Program-made: the position numbers and the translations under genes | IMG/VR virus record: IMGVR_UViG_3300046542_000227 | Span: 203,321 to 267,320 of that record | Strand: one strand, 5' to 3' | DNA: 64,000 nucleotides | Notes under the pieces: model-generated | Database searches by the model: none | Told to the model about the DNA's origin: nothing | The model's input: the letters and a program-made list of their open reading frames with translations, nothing else | Shown here: piece by piece, positions 26,167 to 35,989 of the stretch | Layout of the letters: each line of letters starts with the position of its first letter | Position numbering within the stretch: position 1 is the stretch's first letter

Positions 26167-27330
26167 ATGCCGCTTCCCGCCGCTGCTATTCCACTCGCTA
26201 TGGCCGTCGCTAAAACGACTGGCGCGCAAATTGCTGGTAACGCTGCAACTACTCTGCTCGGGTCGCTGGTGTCTGCCGCACGTAACGGCACCGACATCAG
26301 TTCGTTGGCCGACCTGTCGCGCCCAGCGCGCGTTGAACCGCTGGTGCTGGTTGAACAAACCCTGCAGAACCAACCGTTCATGGAAAACGTAATGAAGATG
26401 GGTCTGACCCAATTCGCTGCGTACTACCTGCAAGCATTCAGCATGCTGATGAACGTCGGCCGTATCGAGACCCTCAAGGTCTTCGACAGCCTGAATCCGA
26501 ACCGCAACATGGGTATGGGTCAGGGTGCGTTGCTGCAAGGTACCGTGCTGTCCCAAGAAGACTTCGCGCATGGCTTGCCATCGCTGGAAGCTTATGATCG
26601 TCCAGCGGTTCCAGGCCTGATCGGTACTGTCTCGATTGAAGACGGTGACGACAATGCCAAGACCAACTACAGCGCCAAAGTCGACAAGCTGTACGAAGTC
26701 GAGAACCTGTCTGTTGGTAAGCTGATCAACGTCGAACTCAAGGACGGCGATCAAGTCGCCAAGATCCCTGTGCTGATCCGTCTGTTGGCCACCACGGTCA
26801 AGACCGATATCATGACACATATCTTTACCGCTGGCGGCCGCGACAGCTGGGGTGAGCGTTTCCAATTGGCCCGCGCTGGCATGATCCGTCCGATCCGTGA
26901 CCTGATCTTCGGCATCGATCTGATCGACGAACACCGCCGTGCTTTGATGAACGATACCAGCGGTGCCTACAAGGCCATCACTGACCGTCGTCGCAACAAC
27001 GTCAAGAAGGCAGCCCTGTCCGGCGTGGTTTCTGCAGCCGATGCTTCGAACATCGCTGTGATCACCAAAGAAACCGCCAAGCTCATCGGCACCAAGCTGT
27101 ACGGCAAGCTCGACAACACTGCTGTGCGTGAGCGCGTCTTCAACAACAGCTACCTGCTGCTACTGATCGTCGTTGACGAGCAGTACGAACAAGTCACCGT
27201 CTATCACCGCGGTCTGGAAATCCCGAGCAAGTATTCTTTCAAGGAAATCGCTGGTTCCGAGAAAGGTCGCGGTCAGGATATCACCGAGGTGTACAAGATG
27301 ATCCTCGGCGCCATGGGCTCGAACATCTGA
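26167..27330 (+). CDS. Major inner-body/head protein (phiKZ gp89-like)
   Basis: SLADLSRPARVEP; internal LSQE/PSLE/VSIE sites; NLSVGKLINV; AAAGGA RBS. Confidence 0.75.
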   Translation: MPLPAAAIPLAMAVAKTTGAQIAGNAATTLLGSLVSAARNGTDISSLADLSRPARVEPLVLVEQTLQNQPFMENVMKMGLTQFAAYYLQAFSMLMNVGRIETLKVFDSLNPNRNMGMGQGALLQGTVLSQEDFAHGLPSLEAYDRPAVPGLIGTVSIEDGDDNAKTNYSAKVDKLYEVENLSVGKLINVELKDGDQVAKIPVLIRLLATTVKTDIMTHIFTAGGRDSWGERFQLARAGMIRPIRDLIFGIDLIDEHRRALMNDTSGAYKAITDRRRNNVKKAALSGVVSAADASNIAVITKETAKLIGTKLYGKLDNTAVRERVFNNSYLLLLIVVDEQYEQVTVYHRGLEIPSKYSFKEIAGSEKGRGQDITEVYKMILGAMGSNI

Positions 27331-27347
27331 ATAAGGGCTGAACCAGA

Positions 27348-28259
27348 ATGAACTCGATTATTGAATACCTGAAGTCCCTGGTGCCATCGGCCGAGCGTCG
27401 TGAGATGCTCAGTGCTCTGTCGGCCTTGCGTGACGAACACAACGACACGCTGATGCCTGTTGTGAACGAATACCGTGAGCTGCTGGGTGACCACCAGTTC
27501 AAGTCCATGCTGTACAAGAACTTCGAGATTCGTCTGCGTCGTCACGTACAGTTCCAACAGCCGGCGATCACCTTGGTTATCAAGGCTATCGAAAACCTGC
27601 AGTCGGTGTTCCCGTTCCTGGAAAAAGAAATCCAGAGCAACTTCGGTCCACAGATCGCAACCGCCAGCCTGACCTACGACAGCGTTAACGTTCTGCGTTA
27701 CCTGGACTCGGTAGCCTTCTATATCCGCTACGCTCGCAAGTTTCTACTTAAGGTAGTAGCCGACGAAGCATCCGCTATCGGCGGCACCAAGCCGGATTGG
27801 GTTCGTGGCGAACTCGATTACCTCGACAACAACCTCGACAACTTCGCCGGTCTGTTGACTGCGATGTTGAAATCGGAAGGCGAGCTGCGCGCTACCTTCC
27901 GTAAGGTTTCGACTGCTATGGTCGATGAAGCTACCAGCGACCTCGCGATGAAGTCCCTGGGCAACGAGAAGATCGACCCGATGAAACTGGCCAACTTCTC
28001 TCCGCAGAAGAACTGGCTGATGTCCTTCGGCAAGATGCTCGCTGAATGGCAAGTCGGTCGCTATCGCGCCGGTAAGGAAGACCTCGCGGCTCTGCAGATG
28101 CGTCTGCAAGAAATGCGTGAGCTGCAATCGAGCGGTAAGGCTAGCCCGGTTGTACAGGGTCAGATCAAGAAGCTTGAAGATCGTATCGGCAAGCTCGACG
28201 CCAAACTCAACGAGATCGAAGAAGAAGCTCGTGATGACCGTGGGATGGCCTCCGTATGA
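27348..28259 (+). CDS. Inner-body/head protein (phiKZ gp90-like)
   Basis: 303 aa with C-terminal coiled coil; synteny. Confidence 0.7.
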   Translation: MNSIIEYLKSLVPSAERREMLSALSALRDEHNDTLMPVVNEYRELLGDHQFKSMLYKNFEIRLRRHVQFQQPAITLVIKAIENLQSVFPFLEKEIQSNFGPQIATASLTYDSVNVLRYLDSVAFYIRYARKFLLKVVADEASAIGGTKPDWVRGELDYLDNNLDNFAGLLTAMLKSEGELRATFRKVSTAMVDEATSDLAMKSLGNEKIDPMKLANFSPQKNWLMSFGKMLAEWQVGRYRAGKEDLAALQMRLQEMRELQSSGKASPVVQGQIKKLEDRIGKLDAKLNEIEEEARDDRGMASV

Positions 28260-28783
28260 TCATGCCCAACGCAGTCAAGGAACATCGCGGTAACCCAGGT
28301 TACCATGGCGGTCAAGCTGACTCGTTGCCTGTATCTGCTTTCCGTGATGGGCAACGCGATGTTGTTGCCCTTTACCAAGAATTCACAGGTCCAGGTGCAC
28401 AGGTCAATAACTGGGAATTCCGTAAGAAGGTAATCAAGCTGGCCTACCGCTTGTTCACTGGACGGACCAACTGGTTTATCGGCATCGACGACGACCGTAG
28501 CGTACAGCAGTACAACTACGAGTTCATTCTCGACACCGTGCGCTACATCGCCACCGGCAGTCGCCGCATCAGCATCCACAGCTGGCCAGACCTCATCGGT
28601 CACAACCAGCCAGGGTTTATCCGCAAGGAACACTCTGAAGTGCGGAACCTGTTTAAAGACCTGGCTCTGTCGAATGACATGGTCACGTTGATCCAGCGCT
28701 GGTGCGCACAGAAGGGTGGGGTTGATGATCTCATGTTGACCCTGAACATCCTCTTCGGCGATCGTGTCGTACAGGTCGATTGA
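28256..28783 (+). CDS. Conserved protein (gp91-like)
   Basis: ATGA coupling; NWEFRKKVI, IQRWC...GGVDDL.LTLNILFG. Confidence 0.7.
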   Translation: MIMPNAVKEHRGNPGYHGGQADSLPVSAFRDGQRDVVALYQEFTGPGAQVNNWEFRKKVIKLAYRLFTGRTNWFIGIDDDRSVQQYNYEFILDTVRYIATGSRRISIHSWPDLIGHNQPGFIRKEHSEVRNLFKDLALSNDMVTLIQRWCAQKGGVDDLMLTLNILFGDRVVQVD

Positions 28784-28785
28784 TT

Positions 28786-28812
28786 AAGGGTGGGTTCGCC
28801 CACCCCTTTATT
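28786..28812 (+). terminator. Hairpin GGGTGGG-TTCG-CCCACCC plus T-rich tail
   Basis: Direct inspection. Confidence 0.65.
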
Positions 28813-28824
28813 TAGGAACTCGCT

Positions 28825-30096
28825 ATGAACAAGCTGGGTCGTTACATTGAACGCGTCTCGAATGAAGACGCTGAGAATGCAGAGATGGATCTGCAAAAGG
28901 ATCAGGTAGCCGCTGTTGGCGCTGAGCCTGAAGCTCTCGATGAAGTCGAGGCTGATGAACTGGTCACCCCAGAGCCAAGTGCGGACAATGTCCGTGCTGA
29001 ACTCGAAGAAACCCGCGACATCCAGGAATCGCTGGAGCACTTTCAGGTTATCCTGAAAGAAGCTGCTGATCGTGGCGGTCTGCGCCCTGAAGAAGGCGTG
29101 ATGTTCCAGACCTCGATGGAACATTTCAACAAGCGTCTGGGTATCCAGCCTAAAGTAACACTGGGTATGGAAGACTTCGGCGGTACCATGTCCCGTGCTA
29201 AGGCCACCACCATCTCCCAAGAAGACCTCGGTGAGAAGGCTAAAGCGGCCGTCAAGAAGATCATGGAACTGCTGAAGAAATTGGCAGAGTTCGTGAAAGA
29301 AGCCGTTGCGCGTTTCGATGGACAAGGTGCTAAGGTCGCTGAGATCTGCACTAAGCTGAAGCAAAACTTCCGTATGTTCGTCACCGGCCAAGTCATGTAT
29401 GAGAGCGACAAGTTCACTCGGATCACCGAGAAAGACTTGCGTCGCCCTGAAATGCTGATGCAGGGTAACGAATGGGTGCATGATCTGTGCATCGACTTCC
29501 GTAGCGCTGTCACCGGTATACTACCGGCATGCAAGACATTCGCGATGTCTGAAGGTACCGATGCAGACCTGCGGGAATTCCAGGAACGGTTCAATATCCA
29601 ATGGGGTAAAGACCACCCATTCCGCCTAGCGTTCAGTGGTGTTGAAGAAATCACGTTGTCTTCGGCTGCGCAAGCACGCTATAAAGAAGATCCACGTGGC
29701 AGCATCTCCGCCATGCAACATCGCATCGATACCGTTATCGAAGGCGAACCGACTCCAATCAAGGCAGAGTTCAGCAAAGCTGAATTTGCAACCCTGTTGG
29801 CGAAAACGGAGAAGTTGAACGATGCGGTGCGTAAAACCAGCGCCGTGTTCAATAACATCCGTGGTGACATCACCAAGCTGGGCCAAGCGTCCATGGGTGC
29901 GAAGAACAATACTGCTGGCTTGATCTTGGCGGGTACCATGCAGTACATCGTCGAGCTGTTGGACGGCGATGTGTTCCGTTTGTTCGAATACATCAACCGT
30001 GCCCGCTCTGAAGTTGGGTACGCTTTGATGGGTATCGGCAAAGAGTTCGGTGGCGCCCGAGAGCAAGACTCGGTTAGTGTTGTTAATAAACGTTAA
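28825..30096 (+). CDS. Internal head protein paralogue (phiKZ gp93-97 family)
   Basis: Acidic propeptide with VSNE, ESLE, TSME, LGME, ISQE sites, followed by an amphipathic helix. Confidence 0.75.
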   Translation: MNKLGRYIERVSNEDAENAEMDLQKDQVAAVGAEPEALDEVEADELVTPEPSADNVRAELEETRDIQESLEHFQVILKEAADRGGLRPEEGVMFQTSMEHFNKRLGIQPKVTLGMEDFGGTMSRAKATTISQEDLGEKAKAAVKKIMELLKKLAEFVKEAVARFDGQGAKVAEICTKLKQNFRMFVTGQVMYESDKFTRITEKDLRRPEMLMQGNEWVHDLCIDFRSAVTGILPACKTFAMSEGTDADLREFQERFNIQWGKDHPFRLAFSGVEEITLSSAAQARYKEDPRGSISAMQHRIDTVIEGEPTPIKAEFSKAEFATLLAKTEKLNDAVRKTSAVFNNIRGDITKLGQASMGAKNNTAGLILAGTMQYIVELLDGDVFRLFEYINRARSEVGYALMGIGKEFGGAREQDSVSVVNKR

Positions 30097-30109
30097 TCTG
30101 TAACCATTA

Positions 30110-30136
30110 ATGGCGCCGTCGTGAGACGGCGCTGTT
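30110..30136 (+). terminator. Hairpin GGCGCCGTC-GTGA-GACGGCGCT
   Basis: Direct inspection; followed by TTATG. Confidence 0.55.
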
Positions 30137-30149
30137 ATGAGGAGTTGTG

Positions 30150-31424
30150 ATGAATAAGCTGGGTCGTTACATTGAAAAGGTGTCGGTAGAAGACGCCACC
30201 ACCACCGATGTGGAAATCAAAGAAACTCAAGGCGTCGGCTCTGAGCCAGAAGAGATCAAAGATATCGAAGCCGATTGCTTGGTTGATGCAGAACCCGAGC
30301 ACGACATCGAGAAATCGCAGATCATCGAACTGACCGACATCAAGCATTCGCTGGAACAATACAGCGAACTGTTGCGTGCATCCGCTGACCGTGGTGGTCT
30401 GCGTGCTGGTGAAGCTGCTCTGTTGGCTGCTGGCGTTAACTTCTGCCGTAAGCGTGCTGGTATCACCGGTGTGGGCGAAGGCGTCTCCGTGGAAGACTTC
30501 GGTAGCGTGCCTAATGCACGTGCCACCAAGGTGTCTCTGGAAGCCATCGATATCGACGTCAAGGCTGTCATGGCCAAGATTGCCGAGGTGATCAAGAAGT
30601 TGATCGAACGTGGCAAAGCGATGATTGTTGAGTTCGACCTGCAGAGCACCAAGGTCGGTCAGATTGCTCAAGCTGCTAAAGACGGCTTGAACAAGTGGCG
30701 TACCGGTGAGCTGACCATCGATACGTCACTCAGCGTCGTTATCACCAAAGACGACCTGAAGTCGCAAGGCTTGGCTGGCTTGAAAGAGACGTCCGTATGG
30801 GTTGGTGGTTTGCTCGGTGCGTTCGAAACCCAAGTTTCTGCTACCATGAAAGTATTCATGGGTGTGGTCGCTGATCCGAAATCCGCTGACCTGGCCACGT
30901 ACAAAGCCGACATACGCGCGATCTGGGCGGAGGGTAGTCCACTGCGTACGATGATTAAAGGCGACACGCATAAGTTCAGCGGCTCGTTGTCGTGGGAATT
31001 GGTCCATAAACCAAACTCGACGTCGGCAGTCATGGCATACATGCCTGATCTGAAGACGGACTACGATCACACGAATCGCCAGACAATCACCATGAACAAG
31101 GCTGAGTTCAAAGCGTTGGTGGACACCACCTTCACGATGAACCTACAGACGCGCAAGAACTCCCAAGCATACACTGCGGCCATGGCCCATGTGAAAAGCT
31201 TGAGTGATGTGGTGGGTAAAGCCGGTGAGCACCAGATCCTCTTCGCTCTGCGTAGTGACATCATGGATATCACTGACATGCTCAACACTGACATCGCTGA
31301 AGCCATCCGTGTGTCGGTGCGTATCCGTAACGCATTGGGTCGCTTTATCCTAGGCGTGGGCCAAGAGTTCGATAAGAGCCAGGGTACGCGTGATGTTGGT
31401 AGCGATGCTAACGCTGTAACTTAA
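30150..31424 (+). CDS. Internal head protein paralogue (phiKZ gp93-97 family)
   Basis: N-terminus nearly identical to the 28825 gene (MNKLGRYIE.VS.ED); VSVE and VSLE sites. Confidence 0.75.
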   Translation: MNKLGRYIEKVSVEDATTTDVEIKETQGVGSEPEEIKDIEADCLVDAEPEHDIEKSQIIELTDIKHSLEQYSELLRASADRGGLRAGEAALLAAGVNFCRKRAGITGVGEGVSVEDFGSVPNARATKVSLEAIDIDVKAVMAKIAEVIKKLIERGKAMIVEFDLQSTKVGQIAQAAKDGLNKWRTGELTIDTSLSVVITKDDLKSQGLAGLKETSVWVGGLLGAFETQVSATMKVFMGVVADPKSADLATYKADIRAIWAEGSPLRTMIKGDTHKFSGSLSWELVHKPNSTSAVMAYMPDLKTDYDHTNRQTITMNKAEFKALVDTTFTMNLQTRKNSQAYTAAMAHVKSLSDVVGKAGEHQILFALRSDIMDITDMLNTDIAEAIRVSVRIRNALGRFILGVGQEFDKSQGTRDVGSDANAVT

Positions 31425-31457
31425 CGGCATAAAGGCGCCTTCGGGCGCCCTTATGTT
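31425..31457. terminator. CATA-hairpin-TATG element
   Basis: CGGCATAAAGGCGCC-TTCG-GGCGCCCTTATG. Confidence 0.75.
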
Positions 31458-31478
31458 TGTCTGCCCATGGAGGTGCGT

Positions 31479-32726
31479 ATGACCGACCTTTTGCTGCAAG
31501 GCTTAGAGGTACCTGAAGACACCCGCTACGTGATGACGGGTGACTCGGATATCGAGAAGCTGCACAACCGTTTGAACCCACCGGGTGTACTCGGTGTGGC
31601 TGCCAGTTTCTTTGGCGGTATGAACACCGGCTATTACTCCGGTGAAGACTTCAATACACTGTCTGACGAAGAGTTAGGCAACAACGCCAAGTACATCGCT
31701 GATCTGTTGTCGGTTGACGATGAGAACGCCATGAGCGTGCTGCGCTTGGTGGATAGTGCTGAGGAATTCGAAGCCCATCCGATTGATGTAGACCTCCTGC
31801 AACTGGAGATCTCGCAAGAGGACATGGCGGCGACTAGCCTTAAGGCACTGAAGACTATCTTGGGTTGGACTAAGTCCGTCGCTAAGCAGCTCTTCAACGA
31901 GATGACCAACATGGAGCTGGTAGCCCGCTACCTGTCGTTCCATGCGGCAAACATTCAGACCTTGGCCAAAGACCGTCGTGGTACCACGGCGTTCAGCAAT
32001 AGCGCACCACTGATCGTCAACACCCGGATTGCTAACCTGTCGGTTCGTTATAACCCGGTTAAGGACGTGGCCAGTTTGTTGATGGCGTTGCGTACCCTGA
32101 GTGTAACTACTAAGGGCTACTACGCTTACAACAACGATGACCTGTTGAAGATCATCGACCGTCTGCCATCCCTCCTCGGTGATGCGGATAATCTGGAGTC
32201 GGCTATCTCTGGTGTGAGTCCTGCGAAGCTGTTGCGTAACGGCAGTTTCTTCCCAGGTCAAGACACCGGCGTGCAAGTCTCTGGGCATCTGTTGGGTTGC
32301 CATCGTCTGAGTGTTAAGACTCAAGACGGTGTCGGCATGCTGGACCAACGTTACACCGTGCGACTGATTCCTTCTGATCTGTCACCTCGTCCGCTCCCTG
32401 AGAAGATCGAGTTCCCACGCTTCACTATCCAAGCCATGGATCAGGTATTGAATCTGGTGCAGGATCTGGCCAACTTTCTACAGGAAGTCAATACCCCGAT
32501 GATTCGTCAACGGCGTATGGCTCGACTGGAGCGTCTGGGTCTGATCACCAACCGAGTTGCCAAAGAGATTGAGAGTGGCAACTTCGATGCTGAGCGTCAC
32601 CGCAAAGTGATCGCTGTAGTGAATCAGTACAACGACTGGATCACGAGTCCGTATAAGGAATTGTATGGTTTAGTATGTCGGGATCTGAGAGCAGTACTCA
32701 ACGTATGTGAGTTGAATGCTCAATAA
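31479..32726 (+). CDS. Head protein with propeptide (gp92-like)
   Basis: GGAGGTG RBS; YSGE and ISQE sites. Confidence 0.65.
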   Translation: MTDLLLQGLEVPEDTRYVMTGDSDIEKLHNRLNPPGVLGVAASFFGGMNTGYYSGEDFNTLSDEELGNNAKYIADLLSVDDENAMSVLRLVDSAEEFEAHPIDVDLLQLEISQEDMAATSLKALKTILGWTKSVAKQLFNEMTNMELVARYLSFHAANIQTLAKDRRGTTAFSNSAPLIVNTRIANLSVRYNPVKDVASLLMALRTLSVTTKGYYAYNNDDLLKIIDRLPSLLGDADNLESAISGVSPAKLLRNGSFFPGQDTGVQVSGHLLGCHRLSVKTQDGVGMLDQRYTVRLIPSDLSPRPLPEKIEFPRFTIQAMDQVLNLVQDLANFLQEVNTPMIRQRRMARLERLGLITNRVAKEIESGNFDAERHRKVIAVVNQYNDWITSPYKELYGLVCRDLRAVLNVCELNAQ

Positions 32727-32830
32727 TTTGCGAATCATATAGGCTAAGTGCCACGCATCTTAGTCATTCCTAACCGGCTAAGCTGATCCCCTAGCTGGCA
32801 ATCTTCTGTACAGAAAAAAGGTTGAACAAC

Positions 32831-34213
32831 ATGAGCAAGCTGCAATCGTACCTCCTGCGCGTTTCGAACGAAGACGCCGAAGCAGAACAAGCGGCCCTGG
32901 AGCCGGAAATCGTCGAGCAGGCTGAAATCGAACAGGAACAAGAACTCGAAGTTCCTGAGCCTGATGCCGAAATCACTCCAGAAATCGTCGAAGACGCCGA
33001 GTTCGAATCCGAGCAGGCCACCGAAGAACTGGAAGAGCTGCCGGCCGCTATCGAAGAAGGCACCGAAGTCGAAGACATGGTCTCCGACGAAATCACCTCG
33101 ATCGAAGAATTCGTCCAGGTAATGCGCCACGGCGTTCGCACCAAGGCGTTCTCCCCACAGACCGCTGCTCTGGCTCAACAGCGCCTGACCCGTCTGGCCG
33201 GCCTGTTCGGCGACGAAGGCACCGGCAAGGCTTCCCTGGAAAACTTCAACGGCGACAGCCTGGGCGAGTTCTACAACGTTTCGATCGAAGCCTTCGAAGG
33301 TTTCGCCAAGCGTCTGAGCGACACCCTGTCCGGCGCTGCCTACAAGCTGGCTGAAAAGCTGAAGCTGAAGTGGAACGTGGAAACCTACGCCAAGTACGCT
33401 GCTGAAATGAACGCTAAGGCGGATGCCATCCTGGCCGCCGAAGGCAAGCCTGAGCCAGTTACCCTCAAGGGTAAGCACGTGGCCTGGGACTTCCAGATCG
33501 GTAAGGAATTCGACGGCAATATCCTGGGTCAACTGACCAAAGACATGCGCTTCATGTCTGGCGAAGGCTCGGCCCTGATCAAAGGCACCGACGCATACCT
33601 GAAAGGCATCATTGCCATTCTGGAAGAAGGCGTTAAAGAAGGCGGTAAGGGCAAGACCGGCGACATCACTGCCAAGGTCCTGCAGCTCAAGCGTCCTGTT
33701 GACATCCTGTCGGCAGGTGCTTTCAACGGCGCAATGTGCGGCGGCCTGAAGTTCGCCAAAATCGAAAGCAAGGGCAAAGAGGGCGACAACCGCAGCAACT
33801 ACAAGGACATCGTCCGCTCGGCTCTGCCTCGTGTCGACGGCGACGGCTGGAAAGGCGAAGCGGCTGACATCCAACTGGACAAAGCCGGTGCTGACAAAAT
33901 TGCCAAGCTGTGCAAAACCTACACCGCTCTGGCGCTGAAGATTGCTAACGGCTCGGCGTTGAAGTCGGTAGAAGAATACTACCAGAACATCGGTAACGTG
34001 CAGAAGCGTGTACGCGGCGGTGCCAACTCCACTTCCTGGGGTGAGAACAAGGATCTGAACATCGTGGCCGCTGGCCTGATGAACTTGGGTGAGCAGCAGT
34101 TCACTCTGCTCTTCACCCTGTGCCACACCATGTTCGACACCATTGGTAGCGCCCTGCACACCGCTGAAAAGGCCTGCGTTAAAGGCGGCTCCAAAGCGGC
34201 AGCTGCCGAGTAA
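32831..34213 (+). CDS. Abundant internal head protein (phiKZ gp93-97 family)
   Basis: Very acidic propeptide with VSNE, TSIE, ASLE, VSIE; strong codon bias. Confidence 0.75.
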   Translation: MSKLQSYLLRVSNEDAEAEQAALEPEIVEQAEIEQEQELEVPEPDAEITPEIVEDAEFESEQATEELEELPAAIEEGTEVEDMVSDEITSIEEFVQVMRHGVRTKAFSPQTAALAQQRLTRLAGLFGDEGTGKASLENFNGDSLGEFYNVSIEAFEGFAKRLSDTLSGAAYKLAEKLKLKWNVETYAKYAAEMNAKADAILAAEGKPEPVTLKGKHVAWDFQIGKEFDGNILGQLTKDMRFMSGEGSALIKGTDAYLKGIIAILEEGVKEGGKGKTGDITAKVLQLKRPVDILSAGAFNGAMCGGLKFAKIESKGKEGDNRSNYKDIVRSALPRVDGDGWKGEAADIQLDKAGADKIAKLCKTYTALALKIANGSALKSVEEYYQNIGNVQKRVRGGANSTSWGENKDLNIVAAGLMNLGEQQFTLLFTLCHTMFDTIGSALHTAEKACVKGGSKAAAAE

Positions 34214-34228
34214 TCGGTCAGTAGCTTA

Positions 34229-34262
34229 AACATAAAGGGGCCTTCGGGTCCCTTTATGCCGT
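34229..34262. terminator. CATA-hairpin-TATG element
   Basis: CATAAAGGGGCC-TTCG-GGTCCCTTTATGCCG. Confidence 0.8.
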
Positions 34263-34305
34263 CTTGCCCTGATCTTATAGACAGACTTTGAACGAGGATC
34301 AGACC

Positions 34306-35982
34306 ATGCCTAAGGGCCTTATCCCCATTGCAGCTTCCGGTACATCCGTAGGCCGTCGTGTGGCCGTCCACATAGTTCAGCATTTGACTGAGCTGATGGG
34401 CTTACCAGAATCCACCCAGGTGTTTCTGCCGGGTAGTACTCAAGCAGTCCCGCTGAACAATGCTGAGTTCGGTAACTGCTGTAAGTCCAACCACGTCTAT
34501 CCGGGTGATAGTCGTATGATCGTCACTGTAGTAGAAGAGGCTGAAGAAGAACATGCCTTGACGACTTCGGTTAACGACAAACAGAACCGTCCGATCATTG
34601 AAGACAAGATCCACAACGTCTCCGTCACCCCGGTCTATCGCTACGTGAAGATGACGTGCAACATTGAGTTCGTAGCATCGTCTACTACTCAAGCACAGCG
34701 TTGGCTCGATGACATGCGGGCGATGTTCTCTGTAGGACGCACTGAGCAGCTCCATGACCTCGAATACTACTTCCAGCTGCCTGATGGGTTGATCTTTGCT
34801 CTAAAGGCCTGCCACGACGCTCTGATGAAGTCTCCGTGGCCTTTGACCGATACTTTCGAAGACTGGGTGGTCAGTAAGCTGGTTAACGGGGCGTATCCGA
34901 AAGACCTGACGACGCTGGCTGGTACTCACCACACTCTCGCTGTAGCAGAACATCAGTACGATGCCTTGGGTTGGTTTGACTGGACGACTACTCCTGACAC
35001 CCCGGAGCGTAACTCCGATGGTTCCGGTACGTTCACAGTGAACCTGAACTACCAGCTGCAATACCAGCGCCCTACCCACGTCTACATCGACTACCCTTTC
35101 GTCCTGAACCAATACCCGATCTCCAAGAAGTTCCGCTTCACGGAACCGTACTGGTTCTATCGGGATCGGTTGCGTAAGGTCAGCATTACCAAAGAAGCCT
35201 TTGATGAGTTCCGCTTCATCCAAGACAACGCTGGCGCTGTACCCTACGTGCATTACCCAAACACCAATGACTGGTATCCGCCGGTTACCCAGAAGCTTGG
35301 TTATGCACTGCCACTGTTTACTGGATTGGTAATGTTGAGTATCGACGATCAACAGACCCTGATGGATCTGTCGAACTTGGGTAACTGCCGGTTCACACCA
35401 CACTTCCTCGAATACTTCTATGCCCAAGGTGATGCAACACTCGATGACCTGTTGGGTATGTTTGAATTCCGGTTGTGGAAGAACAATGAACACATGCACG
35501 GCCACAAGTTCCGCTTCAAGCCAGGGACGTTGCAGATCCAGTCGGTAGATCCATTGGACCCGCAGTACATGTACCACATCCAGATCTGCATTAAACGCAA
35601 CTGGGCACTGGTACACCCTAAGGTAATCCAATGCCTGCGTAACTGGCCTACCGTAGCCTGGACGCTGCTCAAAGCGATCGGTGTGCGCTTAGGTGGTGCA
35701 GAGCTGTTGGCTGACCTCGAACTGCTGGCGCCTAATACCCCAAGGCCTAACACGGCTCCATGTCGTGGTGAGGGCTATCTGTTGCCTGAGATCCAACCAC
35801 CTGAAGTTAACTGGGGTGTGCGTGGAGACGACGTGTTCATTAAGAACGGGTTGGTTAAGGCTAAGGACCTCGAACAGGCTGTGCGTGACACTGACACCAT
35901 TAGCGACAACTACATTAACCACACGTCCATCGGACCGCTGACGGTAATGTTCTTTGACATCTTGACCTTCCGAAACAAGTAG
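34306..35982 (+). CDS. Virion structural protein (phiKZ gp98-like, neck/tail junction candidate)
   Basis: GAGGA RBS; C-terminal GPLTVMFFDI; synteny. Confidence 0.6.
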   Translation: MPKGLIPIAASGTSVGRRVAVHIVQHLTELMGLPESTQVFLPGSTQAVPLNNAEFGNCCKSNHVYPGDSRMIVTVVEEAEEEHALTTSVNDKQNRPIIEDKIHNVSVTPVYRYVKMTCNIEFVASSTTQAQRWLDDMRAMFSVGRTEQLHDLEYYFQLPDGLIFALKACHDALMKSPWPLTDTFEDWVVSKLVNGAYPKDLTTLAGTHHTLAVAEHQYDALGWFDWTTTPDTPERNSDGSGTFTVNLNYQLQYQRPTHVYIDYPFVLNQYPISKKFRFTEPYWFYRDRLRKVSITKEAFDEFRFIQDNAGAVPYVHYPNTNDWYPPVTQKLGYALPLFTGLVMLSIDDQQTLMDLSNLGNCRFTPHFLEYFYAQGDATLDDLLGMFEFRLWKNNEHMHGHKFRFKPGTLQIQSVDPLDPQYMYHIQICIKRNWALVHPKVIQCLRNWPTVAWTLLKAIGVRLGGAELLADLELLAPNTPRPNTAPCRGEGYLLPEIQPPEVNWGVRGDDVFIKNGLVKAKDLEQAVRDTDTISDNYINHTSIGPLTVMFFDILTFRNK

Positions 35983-35989
35983 GTGAACC

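Noticed and set aside
4432-34159. Other long antisense ORFs (4432-5919, 6455-7357, 8662-10065, 17190-18122, 23096-24301, 28600-29481, 32744-34159)
   Set aside because: All mirror well-supported genes and have the V/H/Q/D-rich composition typical of antisense frames.
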